Source: Promethearchaeota archaeon (GTDB lineage: Archaea > Asgardarchaeota > Lokiarchaeia > Sigyniarchaeales > SOKP01). Taken from it: a stretch of DNA of 45,550 nt. The position numbers were made by a program, and so were the translations under genes. The stretch is from the NCBI GenBank assembly GCA_016839585.1, contig JAEOTZ010000065.1, forward strand, positions 1 through 45,550, read 5' to 3'. The notes under the pieces were generated by a model. It had not been told where the DNA came from and made no database searches. It saw nothing but the letters and a program-made list of their open reading frames with translations. Shown here piece by piece: positions 9,355-19,364 of this stretch (positions within the stretch are counted from its first letter, which is position 1; each line of letters starts with the position of its first letter).

Positions 9355-10548
9355 TTGAGCTTTTATATGCTAAATATTCTAATAATATCTTCACTTGCAT
9401 TAGAAAATGGAAGAGGAGGTGAAATATCATCAATAGAATTAGCCTCTGGTTTAAAGAAATCCTATAAAGTAATTTTAATGGATACAAATATTTTCATTGG
9501 TAAAGGGTTGTTGTCAAAGGAAGTAATTAATAAAAAGTTAGAAGGGTTAAATCAAAGGGGAAGGATAAAATTTGCTACATTAAATATTTTTAATAAAACT
9601 TTTAGTTTTCCTTATCCTTGGGAAGTTATTAAATTATTTAAACTAATTAAAAAGAATGATATTATTTACTCCCCCTTCTCTACCGTTAAATTGAATCTGA
9701 TAATATTATTTGCTAGTTTAATTTTTCGACGTGTTAAATTTATTATAGGATTTAGAAAACCCTTGTATAGTGATAAATTATTATCACAATATAATCTTAA
9801 AAATAGAATTTCAATTCTGTTATTTTCCCTTTTTAAAAAAAGATTTTATTATCATACAATATCAGAACATGCAAAAAAATTTTTAAAAAATTTCTATAAG
9901 CCTAATAGAATTTACCACATTATACATGGAATTGAATTGGAGAATTACAATAAAAAAATATCAATATCAGAAAACAACGATAAATTAAGATTCATTTATG
10001 TAGGACATCTAGACAATCCTCATAAAGGTGTAGGAATATTATTAGATGCCATAGAAATGCTTTTAAATGAACATCAAAATTTAAAAATATTCTTTGAATT
10101 TTGTGGCTCTGGTCCCTTAGAGGAAAAACTAAGAATATTGAAAAATAAATTTCCAAAGTTTATTAACTATAATGGTTACATAAGTAATGAATTAATAGCT
10201 CATTATTATAAAAGAAATGATATATTCTTGTTTACTTCCAAAAGAGAACCTTTTGGAAGAGTCATAATAGAAGCTTTAGCATCAGAATTAATAATTATTT
10301 GTAGTAAAACTATAGGATCTGTTGAAATTCTAAAGGGAAAAAATTTTGCATTTTTTCTTGAGGAGTTAGATGCTAAAATAATTAAAGAAAAAATATTTGA
10401 AATTTATAATACCTGGTTAAAGGATCCTGATAAATTCAGACAATTAAAAAAATCAGCAAAAGATTATGCTTTCCAAAATTATTCTGTTTCTCAAGAAATT
10501 TTATCGTTTAAGAATTTAATTGAAGGTGTAAGTAAAAATAATGTTTAA
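9355..10548 (+). CDS. Glycosyltransferase family 4 (likely start ATG 9367)
   Basis: GRGGE, YVGHL..HKG and EPFGRVIIEAL (E-x7-E) motifs. Confidence 0.9.
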   Translation: MSFYMLNILIISSLALENGRGGEISSIELASGLKKSYKVILMDTNIFIGKGLLSKEVINKKLEGLNQRGRIKFATLNIFNKTFSFPYPWEVIKLFKLIKKNDIIYSPFSTVKLNLIILFASLIFRRVKFIIGFRKPLYSDKLLSQYNLKNRISILLFSLFKKRFYYHTISEHAKKFLKNFYKPNRIYHIIHGIELENYNKKISISENNDKLRFIYVGHLDNPHKGVGILLDAIEMLLNEHQNLKIFFEFCGSGPLEEKLRILKNKFPKFINYNGYISNELIAHYYKRNDIFLFTSKREPFGRVIIEALASELIIICSKTIGSVEILKGKNFAFFLEELDAKIIKEKIFEIYNTWLKDPDKFRQLKKSAKDYAFQNYSVSQEILSFKNLIEGVSKNNV

Positions 10549-10620
10549 AGCGATTACCAGAAAGTATTTAAGGAATTTGTTATGCAAGCAAGGAAAATTT
10601 TTAGATATTTTTAAAAATAA

Positions 10621-11685
10621 TTGAAATTAATAATATTAAAACACCTAAATAATAAATCTGTTGATAAATATTTAGTAAAAGTATTCTATTTATCGAAATA
10701 TTTCAAAATATCAATAAAAATTATAATTTTCGTTATGTCGGTTATAAATTATTTTCTTAATTTTTTTAAAAAGTTTATTCAAATCAATTCGAAGTTAAGA
10801 GATTTTATTTTAATTCTATATTATCGCTCAATATTTTATAGGAAAAAGCAACTTAAAAAAGGTAAATATTATTGGTTAAAAAATGTCAATTTATCAATCT
10901 TAAATAAATATGAAGGGAAATTAATATATGATGATCTTCACATTATAATACCAAAAAACGATTACAAAACAATACCTTTACACCAGAAGTACCTCTATGC
11001 AGCATTGGTAAATTATTACAATATTCCAAAATATTATGTATTATTTTGGGATGCTTTATTGGTATTTAACGAGATTTTCTTATTGGAAGAGTATAGTAAA
11101 GAATTTAAAATTAGAAAAGGTGATACAATTTTAGATATTGGAGCCAGTATAGGTTGGTATACTTGTAAGGTCTCAAAATTAGTAGGAGATAATGGTAAAA
11201 TTATTGCTATCGAACCAAATCCAAGAAATTATGAATATCTAAAAAAAAATATTGAAATTAATAATTTAAATAATATAACTACTATTAGGAAAGGGGTATG
11301 GTTATTTAAAAAGGAGTTAAATTTCTTATGTAAAGGTTATGGATCAATGTTAGAATTTCATAAAGATTTTAAAAACAAAGAAAGAAATCTTATTACTATC
11401 AACGTCGACACTATTGATAATATAATTTTAGAATTAAAATTAAACAAAATAAATTTAATTAAAATGGATATCGAAGGTGCAGAAATTGAAGCGGTCTTAG
11501 GAGCTAAATACGTTATCGATAATTTTAAAATGCTCAAACTAATAATTGCGGCATATCATAAAAACCAAAAAGGGCTAGAAAGTTATAAAATCTTAATACC
11601 GTATCTAGAAAAAAGAGGATTTAAAATTTTTAAGGAACATTTGCCTTATATTGTAGCAAAAAAAAAAAATAATTATAATCATTAG
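10621..11685 (+). CDS. FkbM family SAM-dependent methyltransferase (likely start ATG 10735)
   Basis: LDIGASIG, AIEPNPRN, IKMDIEGAE and AAYH motifs. Confidence 0.9.
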   Translation: MKLIILKHLNNKSVDKYLVKVFYLSKYFKISIKIIIFVMSVINYFLNFFKKFIQINSKLRDFILILYYRSIFYRKKQLKKGKYYWLKNVNLSILNKYEGKLIYDDLHIIIPKNDYKTIPLHQKYLYAALVNYYNIPKYYVLFWDALLVFNEIFLLEEYSKEFKIRKGDTILDIGASIGWYTCKVSKLVGDNGKIIAIEPNPRNYEYLKKNIEINNLNNITTIRKGVWLFKKELNFLCKGYGSMLEFHKDFKNKERNLITINVDTIDNIILELKLNKINLIKMDIEGAEIEAVLGAKYVIDNFKMLKLIIAAYHKNQKGLESYKILIPYLEKRGFKIFKEHLPYIVAKKKNNYNH

Positions 11686-11774
11686 ATAATTATTTCGTGA
11701 GTATTTTTTTGAAAATATAAATTAAATGATTGATATAATGTAATTTTTTTAAAGAAACGTTAAAACTTGATTAA

Positions 11775-12977
11775 TTATTCAATTTTAAGTAGATTTTTCC
11801 GCTTTTTATATGCTTTTCTATAAAATAACATTTCAAAAGACACAATAATATTCATTAATAAATCAAAATAAATGTAAAACAGTAGTTTTATATAGAACTT
11901 TGGATTCAAGTTAAGTGAAGTTTTTCCATTAGTGGTTATTAAAAACAGAATTTTCCTTAATTTCTTTAAATACATACTAAAAATTAAAGCTATTCCAATA
12001 TAAAAAACATTAGGATTAAGAAAGATTAACAATGGACTTATGTAAATATAGATAGAAATGAAAGTTAAACCTAAGAACTTAGTAAATCTTAGTTTATTTT
12101 CTTTGAAGGTAGTAAAAAGAAAATTCTCTAACCATCTTAAATTTTGATTAAGGTAATCTTTTAATGTTAGTGGATAATTATAGGATTCAACCATAGAGTT
12201 AGAAATTACAAAAATCTGATACCCCTTTTTTCGAATATCAGCCCCCATAACATAACCATCATCAGCTAGCCTACCTTCTGTAAATTTACGCACATTTGTT
12301 ATAACATCATAGCTTATAATAGTATTTTGACTAATAAATTTCGCATATCTTGAGTATTTATGTAAAAACCATGGATTTCTATTAATCAAAACATATTTAA
12401 CTAAATCTCGGTTTCTAATAGAATTATGGGGTTTAATCATGGATATAGCAACTTTTTGATTATCATTTAGGATAGAATAAAGCATTTGGAAAAAAATATC
12501 ATCATCAAGATAAATGTCAGCATCGATCAAATATACGATCCCTTCGGAAACAAGTCTTAAGCAATCATTGATTGCTTTTATCTTTCCTTGACCAGTTTTT
12601 TGATAAATAATAGAAAATTTCATATCGTTTTTAAACGATTCCGCAATACTTATTGTTTCTTGTGAACCGCCAGCATTTACAATCACATTTAAATAAGGAT
12701 ATCTTAATTTTTTTAATTTAAGTAGGCAATCTTTAAAGATTTTCCCTTCCTTCCACGCAGGAACTATTATATTTACTAATGGAGTTTCTCTTAAATCTTC
12801 TAATTTCACCTTATCCATCCCTTTAAAATTATTATAGGATTTCTTATATGACTTATCCCTTCTAACAAATTGAAAAAGATGATACAGAATTATTAAAATT
12901 ATGAGAATAATTATAAAATTAGTTGAAAATAAGAATCCAAAAATTATTTCAAGTATTTTTTGTATTCGACTAATCAT
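11775..12977 (-). CDS. Membrane-bound glycosyltransferase family 2
   Basis: N-terminal TM segment; IIVPAWKE, GKIKAIN, IDAD, ADD and QNLRW (QxxRW) motifs; C-terminal TM helices. Confidence 0.85.
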   Translation of the reverse strand: MISRIQKILEIIFGFLFSTNFIIILIILIILYHLFQFVRRDKSYKKSYNNFKGMDKVKLEDLRETPLVNIIVPAWKEGKIFKDCLLKLKKLRYPYLNVIVNAGGSQETISIAESFKNDMKFSIIYQKTGQGKIKAINDCLRLVSEGIVYLIDADIYLDDDIFFQMLYSILNDNQKVAISMIKPHNSIRNRDLVKYVLINRNPWFLHKYSRYAKFISQNTIISYDVITNVRKFTEGRLADDGYVMGADIRKKGYQIFVISNSMVESYNYPLTLKDYLNQNLRWLENFLFTTFKENKLRFTKFLGLTFISIYIYISPLLIFLNPNVFYIGIALIFSMYLKKLRKILFLITTNGKTSLNLNPKFYIKLLFYIYFDLLMNIIVSFEMLFYRKAYKKRKNLLKIE

Positions 12978-12991
12978 GACTAGACTTTAGT

Positions 12992-14278
12992 TTATTTATT
13001 TAAAAGATTTTCATAAATAATATGATAATGTTTTATTATTATATCCCAATCATAGTTTTTAATAACAAAATCTCTGGCACTTTTTCCTAAATTTTCTCTT
13101 AGTTCAGAATCGGAAATATATTTATATATTTTATCTGACAAATTAACAGGATTTTCAGTTTCAAAAAGATCACCAGACACATAAGGTTTCACCATCTCTT
13201 TAAGAGCTGGAAGATCACTAGTGATTAACAATTTTCCCATAGCCATAGCCTCCAAAGGTTTTAAAGGAGTAACCAATCTTGTTACTCGACTATTAATACG
13301 TGGAATAATAACTATATCAAATATTGAATAATAGTTATGAATTTCATCATTAGGGATTTCTCCTATAAATGAGATATTATTCTCAATTCCTAATTCTTTT
13401 GCGAGAAATTTCAGTTCTCTAAAATATTTAGTTGTGTATTTACCTACAATTACAACATATAAATTTTTTATTTTTTGTTCGAGAAGTTTTGCTGCCCTGA
13501 ATAATATCTCAAGACCTTCAATTTTTCTGATAGACCCAACATAACCGATTATTAATTTTTCTTCTAAGCCTAAGGTTTTTTTTAAGGTTAAATTGGGTTT
13601 CATAGGAGATAATAATTTAGTATTTACAGCATTGGATACTAAAAAAATTTTTTTTTCATCAATCCCACGTCTAATTATATCTTTCTTCATAGCTTCTCCT
13701 AATGTAATTACTAAATCAGCTCTCTTCATTAGAAGGTTTTCTTGTTTTCTTCTTCTTAAATATTTTCGAGAATTTTTTCTTATGAAACCTTGTTCCACAA
13801 GAGTATCTTCAACAAAACCACGGATTTCATAAATAAAAGGTATCTTCTTTTTTCTCGCAATTTTTTCTCCATATTTTGCGAATTTAGCTGTCGAATGACC
13901 ATGTATGATATCAGGGTTTTGAATTTCGATAAACCTTTGTAGATAGATTAGTGGAAGCTTTAACAGAGAAAAATAAATTATTTCAAATAATTTTGTGATT
14001 CTTAATTTATTAAATATTTCTGGTTTAGAAAAGAAATTAAAAACTTTGTCAGGAGGGTATCGGAAATAAATTATGTTATTAATAATATCTGGTAATTTTT
14101 TTTGAAAACATGTAGGGGATGTCAATGCAAATGGATTAACAAATTTTTTTTGATAAAGCAAAATATTGTGGCTTCTAATACTATAACCTGATAAATCTGG
14201 AAGAGAGGTAGCCAGTAAATGTAAGATTTTTGATTTGAATGTATTATGAATATCGGAATTCCTTTCATTTAAACTCAT
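12992..14278 (-). CDS. Glycosyltransferase family 4
   Basis: SLPDLSGYSIRSH, YEIRGF.E, GYVGS...EG and VTPLKPLEAMAMGK motifs. Confidence 0.92.
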   Translation of the reverse strand: MSLNERNSDIHNTFKSKILHLLATSLPDLSGYSIRSHNILLYQKKFVNPFALTSPTCFQKKLPDIINNIIYFRYPPDKVFNFFSKPEIFNKLRITKLFEIIYFSLLKLPLIYLQRFIEIQNPDIIHGHSTAKFAKYGEKIARKKKIPFIYEIRGFVEDTLVEQGFIRKNSRKYLRRRKQENLLMKRADLVITLGEAMKKDIIRRGIDEKKIFLVSNAVNTKLLSPMKPNLTLKKTLGLEEKLIIGYVGSIRKIEGLEILFRAAKLLEQKIKNLYVVIVGKYTTKYFRELKFLAKELGIENNISFIGEIPNDEIHNYYSIFDIVIIPRINSRVTRLVTPLKPLEAMAMGKLLITSDLPALKEMVKPYVSGDLFETENPVNLSDKIYKYISDSELRENLGKSARDFVIKNYDWDIIIKHYHIIYENLLNK

Positions 14279-14519
14279 GTTAATTTAACTCAAGTTATTT
14301 AGAGATATTCTTTGAAATTATTACATTATTTAAATCAAAAAAATTAATTATTTATCAAATTTCAATAATTCTTAAATACTTTTTTATGATTAAGTTTTCG
14401 AATTTACATTAAGTAAAATAAATTTTATTTAATTTCCTTAAAAAAATTTTAAAAATGAGCAGAATTTTTAAGATTTAACTTTAAAAATATTAAAAAATCT
14501 TTCTTAATAGCAGAATGTA

Positions 14520-16103
14520 ATGACTTCAGTAAATGTTAACAATGAAGCAAAACTTAATGGATTACTTAGCAACACATTTTATTCTTTTTTAATCAATTAC
14601 AGTATATATATTGTTACTATAGTTCTCACTTTCATTAAAGCTAGATTTTTAACTCAAAATGAATGGGGCGTTTTAATTTTATCTCTGTCGATAATAAGTA
14701 TTTGGATAATAATTATTGATTTGTTTCCTCCCGGTTTAGCTTATTCCTTAAGTTATTATATACCTAAATATTTAGGATCTGGTGAATCTTTTTCCCTAAA
14801 ATCCTTAATCGGAAATTCTTTAAAACAAAAAATCATTATATTATTACCTTTATTTTTAATTGGTTTAATTATAATTAATTTTTTGCCTATTTATTACTTA
14901 GAGAATTTAGTAATATTTTACATTTTAGCACCCCAGGTTATATTTACTACATTAAATACCATTTTTAATTCTATTTTCTATGGATATAAACTGTTTAGAA
15001 CCTTGTTTTTAATACAAATATCTATTCAATTAATTCATACACTAAGCTATTTTTTACTTATAATATTTGGACTATTTAACATCCTTAGTATTTCAGTTGT
15101 TTTAACAGTTAAATCAATAATTACTCTAATTCTTAAAATGTTTATCTTAAGGAAAAAAGTAGATATATCTTTCAAAAAAAATAAATTTCAAGATAATTTC
15201 AAGGAAGATCTAAAGAAAAATATCAAATATGGCACACCATTATTTATTTCTGGACAAATGAATTCACTTTGGAATGAATTAAAAAAACAATCAGTAGGAT
15301 ACATTTTAAATCCTTCTTCTGTTACAATTTATAATATTGGAGAAAATACAGTTCAAATACCTTTAATGATGTCTTTATCATTCCAGCAACCAATTATTAG
15401 TCATTTTTCTGGTTTGAAGTATGAAAAAGAGAAATATATTATTAAAAGGCAATTTACATTAATGTTTGAATTTGCACTAATTCTAACTTGTTTTTTAAGT
15501 GGATCTTTTATTTTTTTAATGGATTTTTATGTTTTTATTATATATGGTAATGATTATTTTATATATATTTTCTATTTTCAATTGATATTAATTTCAGCTA
15601 TTACTAGAGTTTTAGGTGGTCTATTAACATCTTTATTAAGAGCAAGGAATAGAGTTAAAATAATTCCTCTTTTAAATCTGATTTATCACATATTCTTAAT
15701 TAGTGCTTTTTATATCGGAATATTTCACTTTCAATTGCGTGGTTATGCTTATTTATTAATTTTAGGAACATTTATAATCTTTTTAATTCAAATTAGATTT
15801 ACAAATAAATTAGGAGGAATAAAATTATCAATTAAAAAAATTATATTAATTCTTATTAATTTTAGCATTTCTTTTGTAATCTCTTATATAATTATATATT
15901 TCATTATTCCAGAAATATTTTTATTAAGCAGCATTATTGGAGTCGCGCTTTTTATTATATTATTCTTTTTTCAAATGATATTTTATAAAATTTTAACTAT
16001 TAAAGATTTAGAGTTAATTGAATCTATTTTCAAAAAAGATACTAAAGCTCATAAATTATTGATTAAAGTTACAAATATATTAAAAAAATTGATGCGAGGA
16101 TAA
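14520..16103 (+). CDS. Oligosaccharide flippase (Wzx/MOP family)
   Basis: More than 12 hydrophobic segments; ARFL...EWG in the first loop and a KYGTPL motif; located among glycosyltransferase genes. Confidence 0.85.
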   Translation: MTSVNVNNEAKLNGLLSNTFYSFLINYSIYIVTIVLTFIKARFLTQNEWGVLILSLSIISIWIIIIDLFPPGLAYSLSYYIPKYLGSGESFSLKSLIGNSLKQKIIILLPLFLIGLIIINFLPIYYLENLVIFYILAPQVIFTTLNTIFNSIFYGYKLFRTLFLIQISIQLIHTLSYFLLIIFGLFNILSISVVLTVKSIITLILKMFILRKKVDISFKKNKFQDNFKEDLKKNIKYGTPLFISGQMNSLWNELKKQSVGYILNPSSVTIYNIGENTVQIPLMMSLSFQQPIISHFSGLKYEKEKYIIKRQFTLMFEFALILTCFLSGSFIFLMDFYVFIIYGNDYFIYIFYFQLILISAITRVLGGLLTSLLRARNRVKIIPLLNLIYHIFLISAFYIGIFHFQLRGYAYLLILGTFIIFLIQIRFTNKLGGIKLSIKKIILILINFSISFVISYIIIYFIIPEIFLLSSIIGVALFIILFFFQMIFYKILTIKDLELIESIFKKDTKAHKLLIKVTNILKKLMRG

Positions 16104-16175
16104 TTATCCGAGAATTATGGACTTATGCCATATTTTTAACATTAATTTTGAAAAGTCTTATAAAAATTATCTATT

Positions 16176-17249
16176 TTAACCATGAATATTTTTATCATGT
16201 TTCCACGGTGGATAAATTCTAATATTTTCAGAGTTAGGAAAAATTAATTCTTTAAAGAACATTAATAAACCTTTCCTACTCTTTATAATCATTATATAAA
16301 AATATTTAATAAATTTTATTGGCAAGTGTTTCCAAAATGTCAAAGATCTAGAATAATCAATTGTTCTTAGAATTAATGGCAATAATTTGAGAAATAAGTA
16401 AGGAGATTTATAAAAAGTTATAGCAAGTAATTTGGCTGCACTAACTCTTTCTTGGTTAAGTAATTTTTCTTTCGTCTTAGGGGAATTTCTTAGAAGATCA
16501 TATAATAATTTTCTTTTAAATTGCATTTGAGTAAATCTACTTAATGGAGAAAATGGTGATATACTTATTTTTTTAAATGATTTTATTGTAATGTTTAAAT
16601 CTCTTTCAGCACTAATATCACTTTCGTAATTTTGATAACAAATAATTTTTGGAGTAGTTATTGTTTTTCCTTTTACCATTGCTTGAGTCATTAAGATTTG
16701 ATGCATATATGCACATCCAACATATTTTTTTGCTCTTTTTAAATCAAATACATCTCTTTTTAATATAATACCTGAAAAATAACCATGTTGAAAAAACAAT
16801 CTGCTTAATGATTGATAACCTGGATTTAATATCTGATTTTTACATTGATAATCATATAAAATATCCTTATGTATATTACCTTTAATACCTATTTTACCTA
16901 AAATTTGTGAAAAATCTTCATGATTTTTTATTATTTCTATAATCCAATCAATAACATTCAAATTTATAATATCTTCATCACTAAGCATAAAAACAAATTT
17001 ACCGTTTGCCTTCTCTATAACTTTTATTATATTAAGATCAACACCTAAATTTCTACTGTTTCGAAAATATCTAATTCTTTGATCATCTAATTTATTTATA
17101 AGGGATTCTGTTCCATCAGAAGAAGCATTATCACTAATAACAAATTCAATATCTTTTTCTGGACATTGAAGATTATATCTTAAAGTTTTATATAAAATTT
17201 TTGCTCGATTATAAGTAGGTATGCATATACTAAGCCATTTCTTAGTTAA
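16176..17249 (-). CDS. Glycosyltransferase family 2 (RfbV/WbaV-like); N-terminal domain lacks a canonical start codon
   Basis: The frame is open 87 codons upstream of the track's ATG (16988): LTKKWLSICIPTYNRAKIL...EFVISDNASSDGT...NLGVDLN...FVFMLSDED. It is bounded by an in-frame TGA at 17256-17258 that lies within an AAGGTGA RBS-like site. Confidence 0.85.
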   Translation of the reverse strand, partial: LTKKWLSICIPTYNRAKILYKTLRYNLQCPEKDIEFVISDNASSDGTESLINKLDDQRIRYFRNSRNLGVDLNIIKVIEKANGKFVFMLSDEDIINLNVIDWIIEIIKNHEDFSQILGKIGIKGNIHKDILYDYQCKNQILNPGYQSLSRLFFQHGYFSGIILKRDVFDLKRAKKYVGCAYMHQILMTQAMVKGKTITTPKIICYQNYESDISAERDLNITIKSFKKISISPFSPLSRFTQMQFKRKLLYDLLRNSPKTKEKLLNQERVSAAKLLAITFYKSPYLFLKLLPLILRTIDYSRSLTFWKHLPIKFIKYFYIMIIKSRKGLLMFFKELIFPNSENIRIYPPWKHDKNIHG

Positions 17250-17351
17250 GATTTTTCACCTTAATTTTTTTGATATCTATACTAAATCAATTAATTTTTG
17301 AATTTAAAAATTATTAACTTTTAATCTTATAAGAGAAATAAGATAATTAAA

Positions 17352-18341
17352 TTATAAATTAATCCAGGCGATTAGAGTTGTGTCAAAAAAAGGCTTTAAG
17401 GGAGCTAATTTTCTTATAATTATTTTATATTTTAAATTTAAATTTTCCAAAAATCTCTTTATTTCAAAAAATTCTTCTCCATTATGGTAAATTGAAATTA
17501 ATAGTACAGGTTTATACTTTTTTATAGTTTTTTTTGCTCCTTTTATCGCTTCAAATCCATAGCCTTCGATATCTAATTTAATTAGACCAACAGATAAGTT
17601 ATTATTTTCTACATATTTATCCAGTGTGGTTATATTGACTTCTTGACTTCCATCATCACTAATATAAGAAGCTTTTTCTAAATCTTTGATCTTTAACGTA
17701 TTTGTTTTACTTCCTAAGCCCATTTTAACGGGAATAACATTTCTTAAATTATTTAGTTTAATTGTGTTTACTAATTGATTGAAATTTTTCTTATTTGGCT
17801 CAAATGAGATTATTCTTCTTTGCTGATAATATTTTTCAAACATTAAGACTGAATCTCCTAAATAAGCTCCTCCATCAATAAAATCTGTATTTTTTAGATT
17901 ATTGATGACATTATTAGGGATATACTTTAAACCATGTCTATAATAAAAGATCGTACTATCATAATCTCTAATTAAAAAGTTACTTCTTTTTTCGTATTCA
18001 TTCATTATTTTTTGGACTTTAATATACTTTCTAATTTCTACCTTAGAAATGATTTTATCCCTTTCTAAGATATTGTGAGTGTAAATATAATATAGTCTTC
18101 CAAACACAGTATTAATAATATTTCTACTTTTTTGATCTAAATTAGTTACTAATTTTTCAAGAATATCAGGATTTTTAATTGCATGCTCAACAATACTTTT
18201 AGAAAAAGAGAAATAATATTCACCTCGAAGTACATGCTTGTTGCTACTAATGTTATAATCAATTTTAGGTTTTTTTCTTAAAATAGTATCCTTAAACTTA
18301 TTAAGAAATTTTAGAATATAATTAAAGGACATATTAATCAA
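17352..18341 (-). CDS. FkbM family methyltransferase (likely start ATG 18332)
   Basis: FIDGGAYLGDS, SFEPN, IKLDIEG and PVLLISIYH motifs. Confidence 0.9.
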   Translation of the reverse strand: MINMSFNYILKFLNKFKDTILRKKPKIDYNISSNKHVLRGEYYFSFSKSIVEHAIKNPDILEKLVTNLDQKSRNIINTVFGRLYYIYTHNILERDKIISKVEIRKYIKVQKIMNEYEKRSNFLIRDYDSTIFYYRHGLKYIPNNVINNLKNTDFIDGGAYLGDSVLMFEKYYQQRRIISFEPNKKNFNQLVNTIKLNNLRNVIPVKMGLGSKTNTLKIKDLEKASYISDDGSQEVNITTLDKYVENNNLSVGLIKLDIEGYGFEAIKGAKKTIKKYKPVLLISIYHNGEEFFEIKRFLENLNLKYKIIIRKLAPLKPFFDTTLIAWINL

Positions 18342-18366
18342 TTTATAATTATTATAATAATTAGAA

Positions 18367-19344
18367 TTACTCCCAGATAAGTTTATATTTTATCCATATA
18401 TTCTTATTATTTTGCCACCATTTTATCGTATCACTTATTCCTTCTTCAAGATTCCATTTTGGTTCCCATTTAATAGCATTTCTAATTTTATTTATAGAGC
18501 CGTAGAAATGCATGGCTTCTCCACGTCGATATTGTTTATCTCCAATCAAATATTTAGCATTAGGAAATTGTTCTTTAATTAATTCAACTACATTTATTAT
18601 TGGTGTTTCCTTACCTGAAGCAATATTAAAAATACCCATATCTTTTACTTTTGAAGCATTTTTAGCCAATTTTATATATGTTTTAGCCACGTCTTCTACA
18701 TGGATGAAATCTCTTGTCTGTTCACAGGGTGTTAGTGATAATTTTTCATTTTTGATCCCAGCAGAAATTAGTGATGGAATCAATGAAATAGTAATTTGCT
18801 TTGGTCCATAAACCAAGAAAGGTCTAACGGTAATAACTGGTTTGTTATATATTTTAGAAATCATTTGACATAAATAAGTTGAAGCTGTTTTAGAATTGGA
18901 ATATGGGGACACAGGAAATTCACGCATATCTTCTTTAAATGGTGCTACATTTATTCCATATTCTTCACTAGTTCCTGTATTTATAAATAATTCATATTCA
19001 AGATCATTTAAAGATTGTAATAAATTTTTAGTGCCTATAAAATTTATAGAAAATGCTTTATCTATAGCATTGAAATCGCTTTCAGGATTAACATATGCTG
19101 CCAAATGAAAAATTATTTCTGGTTTAATTTCTTTAATACATTTTTCTAATTTGTTACGATCTCGTAAATCTATATTATAAAATTGACATGGTTTTTTATT
19201 ATCTAATCTCCAAATGGATTCATTTGAATTTGAATCAATTATATTTATGTTATTACATCCTTGTTTAATTAATTTATTTACTATTGTAGATCCTATAAAT
19301 CCAGTTCCACCTGTTATAAGAAATATCTTACTATCTAGACTCAT
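18367..19344 (-). CDS. NAD-dependent epimerase/reductase (CDP-4-keto-deoxyhexose reductase-like)
   Basis: ITGGTGFIG, GTSEEYG, YSNSK and QTRDFIHV motifs; directly downstream of rfbG. Confidence 0.8.
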   Translation of the reverse strand: MSLDSKIFLITGGTGFIGSTIVNKLIKQGCNNINIIDSNSNESIWRLDNKKPCQFYNIDLRDRNKLEKCIKEIKPEIIFHLAAYVNPESDFNAIDKAFSINFIGTKNLLQSLNDLEYELFINTGTSEEYGINVAPFKEDMREFPVSPYSNSKTASTYLCQMISKIYNKPVITVRPFLVYGPKQITISLIPSLISAGIKNEKLSLTPCEQTRDFIHVEDVAKTYIKLAKNASKVKDMGIFNIASGKETPIINVVELIKEQFPNAKYLIGDKQYRRGEAMHFYGSINKIRNAIKWEPKWNLEEGISDTIKWWQNNKNIWIKYKLIWE

Positions 19345-19364
19345 TTTTCCAATATATCAGGTAC

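Noticed and set aside
11658-11669. A12 tract at the end of the FkbM gene (also T10 at 20261-20270 in rfbG) as phase-variation sites
   Set aside because: A/T runs are common in this AT-rich DNA, and the A12 lies in the last few codons, where slippage would matter little.
16176-16988. The 270-aa ORF as a complete protein
   Set aside because: It begins just before the DxD-like motif; the GT-A N-terminus continues in frame up to ~17249.
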